DNA from: the human T2T-CHM13v2.0 reference genome, Homo sapiens
DNA: 64,000 nucleotides
Direction: 5' to 3' (one strand)
Assembly (NCBI RefSeq): GCF_009914755.1
Contig: NC_060940.1
Positions 29,601 through 44,855 of this stretch are shown here, in pieces. A model generated the notes under the pieces. The model was not told where the DNA came from. It saw nothing but the letters and a program-made list of their open reading frames with translations, and did no database searches. Positions within the stretch are counted from its first letter, which is position 1; every line of letters starts with the position of its first letter. The position numbers were made by a program, and so were the translations under genes.

Positions 29601-29807
29601 CTGGACTCCATTTGATGATGATTCCATTCAATGATTCCATTCGATTCTATTCGAAAATGATTCCATTTGAATCCATTTGATGATGATTCCATTAGATTCC
29701 ATTTGATGATTCCATTCGATTCCATTCGACGATGATTCCATTCGATTCCGTTTGATGATTCCATTCTATTCTATTCGATGATGATTCCATTCGATTCCAT
29801 TCGATGA
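23696..29807 (+). repeat. Unit U6: full-length, 6112 bp
   Basis: ORF ends at 23754 and 29866. Confidence 0.93.
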
Positions 29808-32633
29808 TGATTGGATTCGATTCCATTTGATGATTTCATTTGATTCCTTTCGTTAATGATTTCGATCAATTCCATTCGATGATTCCATTCGATTCCATTC
29901 GATAATGATTACATCCGAGTCCATTCGATGATTCCATTTGAGCCTGTTCGATAATTCCTTTTGAGTCCAACCAATGATTCCATTCATTTCCATTCAATGA
30001 TTCCATTCGAGTCCATTTGATCATTCCGGTAGGGTCCATTCGATGTTGATTCCATTGGAGTGCATTCGATGATTCCATTCGAGTCCATTTTAGGATTTGT
30101 TTCGAGTCCTTTCGATGATTCCATTCGATTCCACTCGATGATGATTTCATTCGAGTCCATTCGACACTTCCAATCGATTCCATTTGATGTTTCCATTCGA
30201 GTCCAATTGATGATTCCATTCAATTCCATTCGATGATGATTCCGTACGATTCCATTCTGTGATGATTCCATGTGATTGCATTCAATGATGATTCCTTTAG
30301 ATTGCATTCGATTGTGATTCATTTCGTCTTCATTCTATGGTTCCACAGGTTTCCATTCGTGTCCATTCCATTATTACATTCTATTCCATTTGATGATGAT
30401 TCCATTCGATTCCATTCATTGGTGATTCCACTCAAATCCATTCAATGATTCCATTCCATTTCTTTCAACAATGATTCCATTAGTTTCTATTCGGTGATCC
30501 ACTTGATTCCATTTGACGACGATTCCATTCGTGTCCATTCGATGATTCCATTTGATTCCATATGATGATGATTCCATTCGATTCCATACCATGATGATTC
30601 CATTCGAGTCCATTCAATGGTGATTCCATTCAATTCCATTCGATGATTCCTTTCGATTCCATTCGATGATGATGGCATTCGATTCCTTTCAATCATTCCC
30701 TTTGATTCCATTCAAAGGTGATTTCATTCAAGTCCATTCGATAATTGCATTCGATTCCATTCTATGATGATTCCATTCGAGTCCATTTGATGATTCCATT
30801 CAATTCAAGTCAATGATGATTCCATTCGATTCCATTCGATGATTCCATTGGATTCCATTCGATGATGATTCCATTCAAATCCATTCGATAATTCAATTCA
30901 AGTCCATTCGATGATGATTAAAATCGAATCCATTCAAAGATTCCATTCAGTTCCATTCGATGATTCCCTTAGATTCCATTCGATGATTCCACTTGATTGC
31001 ATTTACGATGATTCCATTCGATTCCATGTGATGATTCCATTCAATTCTATTCAATGATGTCTCCATTTGATTCCATTCGACCATGATTGCCTTTGATTCC
31101 ATTCAATGATTCCATTCGGTTCCGTTTGATGATGATTCCGTTCGATTCCATTTGATGATTCCATTTGATTCCATTGGATGAGTCCATTCGATTACATTCG
31201 ATGATTATTCCATTCGAGTGCATTAGATGATTCCATTCGAGTCCATTCGATGATTCCATTCGATTCCATTCGATGTTGATTCTGTTCAAATCCATTCGAT
31301 GATTCCACTCGATTCCATTCGTTGACTCCATTTGATCCCATTCGATGATTTCCTTTGATTCCCTTTGATGATCATTCCATTTGATTCAATTCGGTGATTT
31401 CATTTGATTCCATTCAGTGATGTTTCCATTCGACTCCATTCGATGATGATTCCATTCGACTCCATTCGATTATGATTTCATTCAATTCCATTCGATAATG
31501 ATTCCCTTCGAGTCCATTCGATGATTCCATTCGATTCCATTCAACGATGATTTGATTCGTGTCCATTCGATGATTCCATTTGATTCCACTTGATGATGAT
31601 TCCATTCGAGCCCATTTGATGATTCCATTCAATTCCATACTCCGATGATTTCTTTTGAGCCCACTCAATGCTTCCACTCGATTCCATATGATGATGACTC
31701 CATTCGATGAAATTCGATGATGATTCCATTCGCTTGCTTTCGATGATTCCACTTGAGTCCGTTAGAAGATTCTATTCAATTACATTCCAGGACGATTCCG
31801 TTCGAGTCCATTTGATGATTCCATTAGACTCCATTCGACGATGATTCCATTCGATGTTATTCGATGATTCCATTCGATCTCATTCGATGATGATTCCATT
31901 CAACTCCATTCGATGTTTCCATTCGAGTTCATTCTATTATTCCATTAGATTCCATTCGATGATGATTCCATTCGATTCCATTTGATGATTGCATTCTATT
32001 TCATTTGATGATGATTCCATTCGAGTCCACTCGATGATTCCATTCGAGTCCATTTAATGAATCCATTGGTTTCAATTCTATGATGATTACATTGGATTCC
32101 ATTCGTTGATGATTTCATTCGGTTCCATTCAATGATGATTCCATTCAATTCCTTTCAATGTTTCCATTCAATTCCATACGATGATGATTCCATTTGATTT
32201 GATTCGACAGTGAGCCATTCGATTCAATTCCATGATGATTCTATTTGATTCAATTGGTTGACATTTCCATTCGATTCCATTCGATGATGATTCCCTTTGA
32301 TTCCGTTCCAAGATGATTCCATTCTAGCCCATTCAATCATTCCATTCGATTCTATTCAATGATGATTCCATTCATGTCGATTTGGTGATTCCATTTGACT
32401 TCATTTGATGATGATTCCTTTCAAGTTCATTAGATGATTCCATTCGATTCCATTTGATGATGATCCCATTCGAGTCCATTCAGTGATTCCATTCGTTTCC
32501 ATTCCATGATGATTCCATTCCTTTCCATTCAATGATTCCATTCGATTCCGTTTGATGATGATTTCATTCGAGTCCATTTGATGATTCCATTTGATTCCAT
32601 TCGATGATGATTCCATTCGATTCCATTCGATGA
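29808..32633 (+). repeat. Unit U7: short, 2826 bp (~3283-bp deletion)
   Basis: ORF ends at 29866 and 32692; junction within 32599-32620; chimeric ORF 32401..32652. Confidence 0.93.
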
Positions 32634-35600
32634 TGATTGGATTCGATTCCATTTGATGATTTCATTTGATTCCATTCGTTAATGATTTCGATCAATTCCA
32701 TTCGATGATTCCATTCGATTCCATTCGATAATGATTACATCCGAGTCCATTCGATGATTCCCTTTGAGCCTGTTCGATAATTCCATTTGAGTCCAACCAA
32801 TGATTCCATTCATTTCCATTCAATGATTCCATTCTAGTCCATTTGATCATTCCGGTAGGGTCCATTCGATGTTGATTCCATTGGAGTGCATTCGATGATT
32901 CCATTCGAGTCCATTTTAGGATTTGATTCGAGTCCTTTCGACGATTCCATTCGATTCCACTCGATGATGATTTCATTCGAGTCCATTCGACACTTCCAAT
33001 CGATTCCATTTGATGATTCCATTCGAGTCCAATTGATGATTCCATTCAATTCCATTCGATGATGATTCCGTACGATTCCATTCTGTGATGATTCCATGTG
33101 ATTGCATTCAATGATGATTCCTTTCGATTGCATTCGATTATGATTCATTTCGTGTTCATTCTATGGTTCCACAGGTTTCCATTCGTGTCCATTCCATTAT
33201 TCCATTCTATTCCATTTGATGATGATTCCATTCGATTCCATTCATTGGTGATTCCACTCAATTCCATTCAATGATTCCATTCCATTTCTTTCAACAATGA
33301 TTCCATTAGTTTCTAATCGATGATCCACTTGATTCCATTTGACGACGATTCCATTCTTGTCCATTCGATGATTCCATTTGATTCCATATGATGATGATTC
33401 CATTCGATTCCATACCATGATGATTCCATTCGAGTCCATTCAATGGTGATTCCATTCAATTCCATTCGATGATTCCTTTTGATTCCATTCGATGATGATG
33501 GCATTCGATTCCTTTCAATCATCCCTTTGATTCCATTCAAAGGTGATTTCATTCAAGTCCATTCGATAATTGCATTCGATTCCATTCTATGATGATTCCA
33601 TTCGAGTCCATTTGATGATTCCATTCAATTCAAGTCAATGATGATTCCATTCGATTCCATTCGATGATTCCATTGGATTCCATTCGATGATGATTCCATT
33701 CAAATCCATTCGATAATTCAATTCAAGTCCATTCGATGATGATTCCAATCGAATCCATTCAAAGATTCCATTCAGTTCCATTCGATGATTCCCTTAGATT
33801 CCATTCGATGATTCCACTTGATTGCATTTACGATGATTCCATTCGATTCCATGTGATGATTCCATTCAATTCTATTCAATGATGTCTCCATTTGATTCCA
33901 TTCGACCATGATTGCCTTTGATTCCATTCAGTGATTCCATTCGGTTCCGTTTGATGATGATTCCGTTCGATTCCATTTGATGATTCCATTTGATTCCATT
34001 GGATGAGTCCATTCGATTACATTCGATGATTATTCCATTCGAGTGCATTAGATGATTCCATTCGAGTCCATTCGATGATTCCATTCGATTCCATTCGATG
34101 TTGATTCTGTTCAAATCCATTCGATGATTCCACTCGATTCCATTCGTTGACTCCATTTGATCCCATTCGATGATTTCCTTTGATTCCCTTTGATGATCAT
34201 TCCATTTGATTCAATTCGGTGATTTCATTTGATTCCATTCAGTGATGTTTCCATTCGACTCCATTCGATGATGATTCCATTCGACTCCATTCGATTATGA
34301 TTTCATTCAATTCCATTCGATAATGATTCCCTTCGAGTCCATTCGATGATTCCATTCGATTCCATTCAACGATGATTTGATTCGTGTCCATTCGATGATT
34401 CCATTTGATTCCACTTGATGATGATTCCATTCGAGTCCATTTGATGATTCCATTCAATTCCATACTCCGATGATTTCTTTTGAGCCCACTCAATGCTTCC
34501 ACTCGATTCCATATGATGATGACTCCATTCGATGAAATTCGATGATGATTCCATTCGCTTGCTTTCGATGATGATTCCACTTGAGTCCGTTAGAAGATTC
34601 TATTCAATTACATTCCATGACGATTCCGTTCGAGTCCATTTGATGATTCCATTAGACTCCATTCGACGATGATTCCATTCGATGTTATTCGATGATTCCA
34701 TTCGATCTCATTCGATGATGATTCCATTCAACTCCATTCGATGTTTCCATTCGAGTTCATTCTATTATTCCATTAGATTCCATTCGATGATGATTCCATT
34801 CGATTCCATTTGATGATTGCATTCTATTTCATTTGATGATGATTCCATTCGAGTCCACTCGATGATTCCATTCGAGTCCATTTAATGAATCCATTGGTTT
34901 CAATTCTATGATGATTACATTGGATTCCATTCGTTGATGATTTCATTCGGTTCCATTCAATGATGATTCCATTCAATTCCTTTCAATGTTTCCATTCAAT
35001 TCCATACGATGATGATTCCATTTGATTTGATTCGACAGTGAGCCATTCGATTCAATTCCATGATGATTCTATTTGATTCAATTGGTTGACATTTCCATTC
35101 GATTCCATTCGATGATGATTCCCTTTGATTCCGTTCCAAGATGATTCCATTCTAGCCCATTCAATCATTCCATTCGATTCTATTCAATGATGATTCCATT
35201 CATGTCGATTTGGTGATTCCATTTGACTTCATTTGATGATGATTCCTTTCAAGTTCATTAGATGATTCCATTCGATTCCATTTGATGATGATCCCATTCG
35301 AGTCCATTCAGTGATTCCATTCGTTTCCATTCCATGATGATTCCATTCCTTTCCATTCAATGATTCCATTCGATTCCGTTTGATGATGATTTCATTCGAG
35401 TCCATTTGATGATTCCATTTGATTCCATTCGATGATGATTCCATTCGAGTCCATTCGATGATTCTATTCGAATCCATTTGATGATTTCTTTTGATTATAT
35501 TTGGTGATGATTCCATTGGAGTCCATTCAATGATTCCATTCTATTCCAATCGATGATGATTCCATTAGAGTCCATTTAATGATTCCATTTGATTCCAGTC

Positions 35601-38600
35601 TCTGATGATTACATTCGAGTCCATACGATGATTCCACTCAATTCCATATGATGATGATTCCATTTGATTCCATTCGGTGATTCCATTCTATTCTATTCAA
35701 TGGTGATTCCATTCGAGTACATTAGATGATTCCATTCGATTCCATTCAATGATGATTCTATTTGTGTCCCTTAGATGATTCCACATGATTCCATTAGATG
35801 ATGATACTATTTGAGCCCATCCAATGATTCCCTTCGATTCCATTCGATGAGGATTCCATTCGATTCAATTCATTGGTGATTCTATTCAATTCAATTCTTT
35901 GATTCCATTCCATTCCATTCGACAATGATTCCATTCGATTTCTTTCGATGATTCCACTCGATTCCACTTGACATTGATTCCATTCGATTCCATTCAATGA
36001 TTCCGTTTGATTCCAGTGGATGATGATTGCCATCGATTCCATTCGATCACTCCATTCTATTCCATTTGATGATGATTACATTCGATTCCATTTGATGATT
36101 CCATCTGATTCTATTCGAGGATTCCATTTGATTCCATTCGATGATGATTCCATTCGAGTCCATTCGATGATTTCATTCGAGTACATCCAATGATTCCATT
36201 CGAGTCCATTAGATGATTCCATTTGATTCCATTTGAAAATGATTCTACTAGAGTCCATTCAATGACTCCATTCGAGTCCATTCAACAATTCCATTCGACT
36301 CCATTCGATGATTCCATTCGATTCCATTTGATGGTTCCATTCGAGTCCATTTAATCATTACAGTCGAGTCCATTTGGTGATTCCACTGGATTTCTTTTGA
36401 TAATGATACCATTCAATTACATTTGATGATGATCCCATTCAATTTCATTTGATGATGATTCCATTAGAGTCCATTCGATGATTTCATTCGAGTCCCTTCA
36501 TTGATTCCATCCGATTTCATTGGATGATGACTCCATTCGAGTCCATTCGATGATTCCACTCGATTCCATTAGATGATTCCATTGGAGTCCATTTGATTGT
36601 TCCATTCGATTCCATTCGATTCCTTTCGAAGATTATTCCATTTGAGTCCATTCGATGATGATTCCATTCCATTCCATTCGATGATTCCGTTTGATTCCAT
36701 TCGATGATTCCCTTCGATTCCTTTCTTTGATGATTCCATTCCATTCCATTCAATGATTCCATTCGAATCTATTCCATGATGATTCCTTTCGATTCCATTC
36801 GCTGATGTTTCCGTTCAATTCCATTCGATGATTATTCCATTCGATTCCATTCATTGAGGATTCCATTTGATTCCATTCAATGATGATTCCATTCTATTCC
36901 ATTCAATGATTGCATTCAATTCCATTCAATGATTATCCCATTAGAGTAAACTCAACGATTCCATTCAATACCATTCGATGATGATTCCTTTTGAGTCCAT
37001 TCAATGATTTCATTCAAGTCCATTTGATGATTCCTTTCAATTCCATTCTATGATGATTCCATTCGAGTCCATTCGATGATTCCATTCGATTGCATTCGAT
37101 GATTCCATTATATTCCATTCAACGGTGATTCCATTCGAGTCCATTCCATGATTCCATTAGAGTACATTTAATGATTGCCTTGTTTTCAATTCGAAGATGA
37201 TTACATTGGATTCCATTCTATGATACCATTCGATTCCATTCAATGATGATTCCACTCAAATCCATTGGATGATTCCATTCGTGTCCATTCGGTGATTTCA
37301 TTAGATTCCATTCGAGGATGATTCCATTCGATTCCATTCGATGATTCCATTCAATTCCATTCGATGATGATTCCATTCCAGTCCATATGATCATTCCATT
37401 TGATTTCATTCGATGATGATTCCATTCGATTCGATTCGACGATTCCATTCTATTCCATTCGATGATGATTCCATTCGAGTCCATTCGATCATTCCATTCG
37501 AGTCCATTTAATGATTCCATTGGGTTCAATTCAATGATGATTACATTGGATTCCGTTCTATGATTCCATTCAATTCCATTCATTGACAATTTGATTCCAT
37601 TCGATGATGATTCCATTTGAGTTCATTCGATGATTCTATTCGATTCTCTTCGATGGTGATTCAATTCTATTATATTGGATGATTCCATTCGATTCCATTT
37701 GATGTTGATTCAATTCGATTCTACTCGATGATGATTCCATTGGATTTCACTTGATGATTCTATTCGATTCCATTCAATGATGATTCACTTCTCGTCCATT
37801 GGATGATTCCATTTCATTCCATTCGATGATGATTCCATTGGATTCCATTCGATGATTCCATTTGATTCCATGCGACGGTGAGCAATTCGATTCAATTCCA
37901 TGATGATTCTATTTGATTCAATTAGATGATGTTTCCATTCGAATCCATTCCATGATTATTCCATTGGAATCCATTCGGCGATGATTCCATTTGAGTCAAT
38001 TCAATGATGATTCCATATGGGTCCGTTCGATGATAATTCCATTTGATTTCATTCGATGCTTCTATTCTATTCCAGTCGATGATGATTCCGTTGGAGTCCA
38101 TACGATGATTCCATTTGATTTCATTTGATGATGATTCCATTCGATGATGATTACATTGGATTCCATTCTATGATTCCATTCAATTCCATTCGTTGATGAT
38201 TCGATTCCATTCAATGATGATTCCATTTGAGTTCATTCGATGATTCTATTCGATTCCGTTCGATGGTGATTCAATTCTATTATATTGGATGATTCAGTCG
38301 ATTCCATTTGATGATTATTCCATTGGAGTCCACTTAGTGAATCCTTTAGATTCTACTCGACGATGATTCCATTCGAGTCCATTCGATGATACCATTCAAT
38401 TCCATTCGTTGATGCTTCCATTCAAGTGCATTCGATGATATCATTCGATTCCATTTGATGATAATTCCATTTGATTCCATGCGATGATTCTATTCGATTC
38501 CATTCAATGATAATTCCATTCAATTCAGTGATTCCTCTGGACTCCATTTGATGATGATTCCATTCAATGATTCCATTCGATTCTATTCGAAAATGATTCC

Positions 38601-38743
38601 ATTTGAATCCATTTGATGATGATTCCATTAGATTCCATTTGATGATTCCATTCGATTCCATTCGACGATGATTCCATTCGATTCCGTTTGATGATTCCAT
38701 TCTATTCTATTCGATGATGATTCCATTCGATTCCATTCGATGA
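32634..38743 (+). repeat. Unit U8: full-length, 6110 bp (mosaic)
   Basis: ORF ends at 32692 and 38802; 1-bp deletions near 33521 and 38295. Confidence 0.93.
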
Positions 38744-41700
38744 TGATTGGATTCGATTCCATTTGATGATTTCATTTGATTCCATTCGTTAATGATTTCG
38801 ATCAATTCCATTCGATGATTCCATTCGATTCCATTCGATAATGATTACATCCGAGTCCATTCGATGATTCCCTTTGAGCCTGTTCGATAATTCCATTTGA
38901 GTCCAACCAATGATTCCATTCATTTCCATTCAATGATTCCATTCGAGTCCATTTGATCATTCCGGTAGGGTCCATTCGATGTTGATTCCATTGGAGTGCA
39001 TTCGATGATTCCATTCGAGTCCATTTTAGGATTTGATTCGAGTCCTTTCGATGATTCCATTCGATTCCACTCGATGATGATTTCATTCGAGTCCATTCGA
39101 CACTTCCAATCGATTCCATTTGATGATTCCATTCGAGTCCAATTGATGATTCCATTCAATTCCATTCGATGATGATTCCGTACGATTCCATTCTGTGATG
39201 ATTCCATGTGATTGCATTCAATGATGATTCCTTTCTATTGCATTCGATTGTGATTCATTTCGTGTTCATTCTATGGTTCCACAGGTTTCCATTCGTGTCC
39301 ATTCCATTATTCCATTCTATTCCATTTGATGATGATTCCATTCGATTCCATTCATTGGTGATTCCACTCAATTCCATTCAATGATTCCATTCCATTTCTT
39401 TCAACAATGATTCCATTAGTTTCTAATCGATGATCCACTTGATTCCATTTGACGACGATTCCATTCTTGTCCATTCGATGATTCCATTTGATTCCATATG
39501 ATGATGATTCCATTCGATTCCATACCATGATGATTCCATTCGAGTCCATTCAATGGTGATTCCATTCAATTCCATTCGATGATTCCTTTCGATTCCATTC
39601 GATGATGATGGCATTCGATTCCTTTCAATCATTCCCTTTGATTCCATTCAAAGGTGATTTCATTCAAGTCCATTCGATAATTGCATTCGATTCCATTCTA
39701 TGATGATTCCATTCGAGTCCATTTGATGATTCCATTCAATTCAAGTCAATGATGATTCCATTCGATTCCATTCGATGATTCCATTGGATTCCATTCGATG
39801 ATGATTCCATTCAAATCCATTCGATAATTCAATTCAAGTCCATTCGATGATGATTCCAATCGAATCCATTCAAAGATTCCATTCAGTTCCATTCGATGAT
39901 TCCCTTAGATTCCATTCGATGATTCCACTTGATTGCATTTACGATGATTCCATTCGATTCCATGTGATGATTCCATTCAATTCTATTCAATGATGTCTCC
40001 ATTTGATTCCATTCGACCATGATTGCCTTTGATTCCATTCAATGATTCCATTCGGTTCCGTTTGATGATGATTCCGTTCGATTCCATTTGATGATTCCAT
40101 TTGATTCCATTGGATGAGTCCATTCGATTACATTCGATGATTATTCCATTCGAGTGCATTAGATGATTCCATTCGAGTCCATTCGATGATTCCATTCGAT
40201 TCCATTCGATGTTGATTCTGTTCAAATCCATTCGATGATTCCACTCGATTCCATTCGTTGACTCCATTTGATCCCATTCGATGATTTCCTTTGATTCCCT
40301 TTGATGATCATTCCATTTGATTCAATTCGGTGATTTCATTTGATTCCATTCAGTGATGTTTCCATTCGACTCCATTCGATGATGATTCCATTCGACTCCA
40401 TTCGATTATGATTTCATTCAATTCCATTCGATAATGATTCCCTTCGAGTCCATTCGATGATTCCATTCGATTCCATTCAACGATGATTTGATTCGTGTCC
40501 ATTCGATGATTCCATTTGATTCCACTTGATGATGATTCCATTCGAGTCCATTTGATGATTCCATTCAATTCCATACTCCGATGATTTCTTTTGAGCCCAC
40601 TCAATGCTTCCACTCGATTCCATATGATGATGACTCCATTCGATGAAATTCGATGATGATTCCATTCGCTTGCTTTCGATGATGATTCCACTTGAGTCCG
40701 TTAGAAGATTCTATTCAATTACATTCCAGGACGATTCCGTTCGAGTCCATTTGATGATTCCATTAGACTCCATTCGACGATGATTCCATTCGATGTTATT
40801 CGATGATTCCATTCGATCTCATTCGATGATGATTCCATTCTACTCCATTCGATGTTTCCATTCGAGTTCATTCTATTATTCCATTAGATTCCATTCGATG
40901 ATGATTCCATTCGATTCCATTTGATGATTGCATTCTATTTCATTTGATGATGATTCCATTCGAGTCCACTCGATGATTCCATTCGAGTCCATTTAATGAA
41001 TCCATTGGTTTCAATTCTATGATGATTACATTGGATTCCATTCGTTGATGATTTCATTCGGTTCCATTCAATGATGATTCCATTCAATTCCTTTCAATGT
41101 TTCCATTCAATTCCATACGATGATGATTCCATTTGATTTGATTCGACAGTGAGCCATTCGATTCAATTCCATGATGATTCTATTTGATTCAATTGGTTGA
41201 CATTTCCATTCGATTCCATTCGATGATGATTCCCTTTGATTCCGTTCCAAGATGATTCCATTCTAGCCCATTCAATCATTCCATTCGATTCTATTCAATG
41301 ATGATTCCATTCATGTCGATTTGGTGATTCCATTTGACTTCATTTGATGATGATTCCTTTCAAGTTCATTAGATGATTCCATTCGATTCCATTTGATGAT
41401 GATCCCATTCGAGTCCATTCAGTGATTCCATTCGTTTCCATTCCATGATGATTCCATTCCTTTCCATTCAATGATTCCATTCGATTCCGTTTGATGATGA
41501 TTTCATTCGAGTCCATTTGGTGATTCCATTTGATTCCATTCGATGATGATTCCATTCGAGTCCATTCGATGATTCTATTCGAATCCATTTGATGATTTCT
41601 TTTGATTATATTTGGTGATGATTCCATTGGAGTCCATTCAATGATTCCATTCTATTCCAATCGATGATGATTCCATTAGAGTCCATTTAATGATTCCATT

Positions 41701-44700
41701 TGATTCCAGTCTCTGATGATTACATTCGAGTCCATACGATGATTCCACTCAATTCCATATGATGATGATTCCATTTGATTCCATTCGGTGATTCCATTCT
41801 ATTCTATTCAATGGTGATTCCATTCGAGTACATTAGATGATTCCATTCGATTCCATTCAATGATGATTCTATTTGTGTCCCTTAGATGATTCCACATGAT
41901 TCCATTAGATGATGATACTATTTGAGCCCATCCAATGATTCCCTTCGATTCCATTCGATGAGGATTCCATTCGATTCAATTCATTGGTGATTCTATTCAA
42001 TTCAATTCTTTGATTCCATTCCATTCCATTCGACAATGATTCCATTCGATTTCTTTCGATGATTCCACTCGATTCCACTTGACATTGATTCCATTCGATT
42101 CCATTCAATGATTCCATTTGATTCCAGTGGATGATGATTGCCATCGATTCCATTCGATCACTCCATTCTATTCCATTTGATGATGATTACATTCGATTCC
42201 ATTTGATGATTCCATCTGATTCTATTCGAGGATTCCATTTGATTCCATTCGATGATGATTCCATTCGAGTCCACTCGATGATTTCATTCGAGTACATCCA
42301 ATGATTCCATTCGAGTCCATTAGATGATTCCATTTGATTCCATTTGAAAATGATTCTACTAGAGTCCATTCAATGACTCCATTCGAGTCCATTCAACAAT
42401 TCCATTCGACTCCATTCGATGATTCCATTCGATTCCATTTGATGGTTCCATTCGAGTCCATTTAATCATTACAGTCGAGTCCATTTGGTGATTCCACTGG
42501 ATTTCTTTTGATAATGATACCATTCAATTACATTTGATGATGATCCCATTCAATTTCATTTGATGATGATTCCATTAGAGTCCATTCGATGATTTCATTC
42601 GAGTCCCTTCATTGATTCCATCCGATTTCATTGGATGATGACTCCATTCGAGTCCATTCGATGATTCCACTCGATTCCATTAGATGACTCCATTGGAGTC
42701 CATTTGATTGTTCCATTCGATTCTATTCGATTCCTTTCGAAGATTATTCCATTTGAGTCCATTCGATGATGATTCCATTCCATTCCATTCGATGATTCCG
42801 TTTGATTCCATTCGATGATTCCCTTCGATTCCTTTCTTTGATGATTCCATTCCATTCCATTCAATGATTCCATTCGAATCTATTCCATGATGATTCCTTT
42901 CGATTCCATTCGCTGATGTTTCCGTTCAATTCCATTCGATGATGTTTCCATTCGATTCCATTCATTGAGGATTCCATTTGATTCCATTCAATGATGATTC
43001 CATTCTATTCCATTCAATGATTGCATTCAATTCCATTCAATGATTATCCCATTAGAGTAAACTCAACGATTCCATTCAATACCATTCGATGATGATTCCT
43101 TTTGAGTCCATTCAATGATTTCATTCAAGTCCATTTGATGATTCCTTTCAATTCCATTCTATGATGATTCCATTCGAGTCCATTCGATGATTCCATTCGA
43201 TTGCATTCGATGATTCCATTATATTCCATTCAACGGTGATTCCATTCGAGTCCATTCCATGATTCCATTAGAGTACATATAATGATTGCTTTGTTTTCAA
43301 TTCGAAGATGATTACATTGGATTCCATTCTATAATACCATTCGATTCCATTCAATGATGATTCCACTCAAATCCATTGGATGATTCCATTCGTGTCCATT
43401 CGGTGATTTCATTAGATTCCATTCGAGGATGATTCCATTCGATTCCATTCGATGATTCCATTCAATTCCATTCGATGATGATTCCATTCCAGTCCATATG
43501 ATCATTCCATTTGATTTCATTCGATGATGATTCCACTCGATTCCATTCGATGATTCCATTCTATTCCATTCGATGATGATTCCATTCGAGTCCATTCGAT
43601 GATTCCATTCGAGTCCATTTAATGATTCCATTGGGTTCAATTCAATGATGATTACATTGGATTCCGTTCTATGATTCCATTCAATTCCGTTCATTGACAA
43701 TTTGATTCCATTCGATGATGATTCCATTTGAGTTCATTCGATGATTCTATTCGATTCTCTTCGATGGTGATTCAATTCTATTATATTGGATGATTCCATT
43801 CGATTCCATTTGATGTTGATTCAATTCGATTCTATTCGATGATGATTCCATTGGATTTCACTTGATGATTCTATTCGATTCCATTCAATGATGATTCACT
43901 TCTCGTCCATTGGATGATTCCATTTCATTCCATTCGATGATGATTCCATTGGATTCCATTCGATGATTCCATTTGATTCCATGCGACGGTGAGCAATTCG
44001 ATTAAATTCCATGATGATTCTATTTGATTCAATTAGATGATGTTTCCATTCGAATCCATTCCATGATTATTCCATTGGAATCCATTCGGCGATGATTCCA
44101 TATGAGTCAATTCAATGATGATTCCATATGGGTCCGTTCGATGATAATTCCATTTGATTTCATTCGATGCTTCTATTCTATTCCAGTCGATGATGATTCC
44201 GTTGGAGTCCATACGATGATTCCATTTGATTTCATTTGATGATGATTCCATTCGATGATGATTACATTGGATTCCATTCTATGATTCCATTCAATTCCAT
44301 TCGTTGATGATTCGATTCCATTCAATGATGATTCCATTTGAGTTCATTCGATGATTCTATTCGATTCCGTTCGATGATGATTCAATTCTATTATATTGGA
44401 TGATTCCAGTCGATTCCATTTGATGATTATTCCATTGGAGTCCACTTAGTGAATCCTTTAGATTCTACTCGACGATGATTCCATTCGAGTCCATTCGATG
44501 ATACCATTCAATTCCATTCGTTGATGCTTCCATTCAAGTGCATTCGATGATATCATTCGATTCCATTTGATGATAATTCCATTTGATTCCATGCGATGAT
44601 TCTATTCGATTCCATTCAATGATAATTCCATTCAATTCAGTGATTCCTCTGGACTCCATTTGATGATGATTCCATTCAATGATTCCATTCGATTCTATTC

Positions 44701-44855
44701 GAAAATGATTCCATTTGAATCCATTTGATGATGATTCCATTAGATTCCATTTGATGATTCCATTCGATTCCATTCGACGATGATTCCATTCGATTCCGTT
44801 TGATGATTCCATTCTATTCTATTCGATGATGATTCCATTCGATTCCATTCGATGA
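38744..44855 (+). repeat. Unit U9: full-length, 6112 bp (counterpart of U3)
   Basis: ORF ends at 38802 and 44914; shares GAGTACATATAATG and CCATTTGGTGATT variants with U3. Confidence 0.93.

Noticed and set aside
29808-32633. Idea that the 2826-bp unit arose by recombination between the internal paralogues spaced 2840 bp apart
   Set aside because: The segment actually removed is ~3283 bp, and its endpoints do not coincide with those paralogous motifs; the similar numbers look coincidental.
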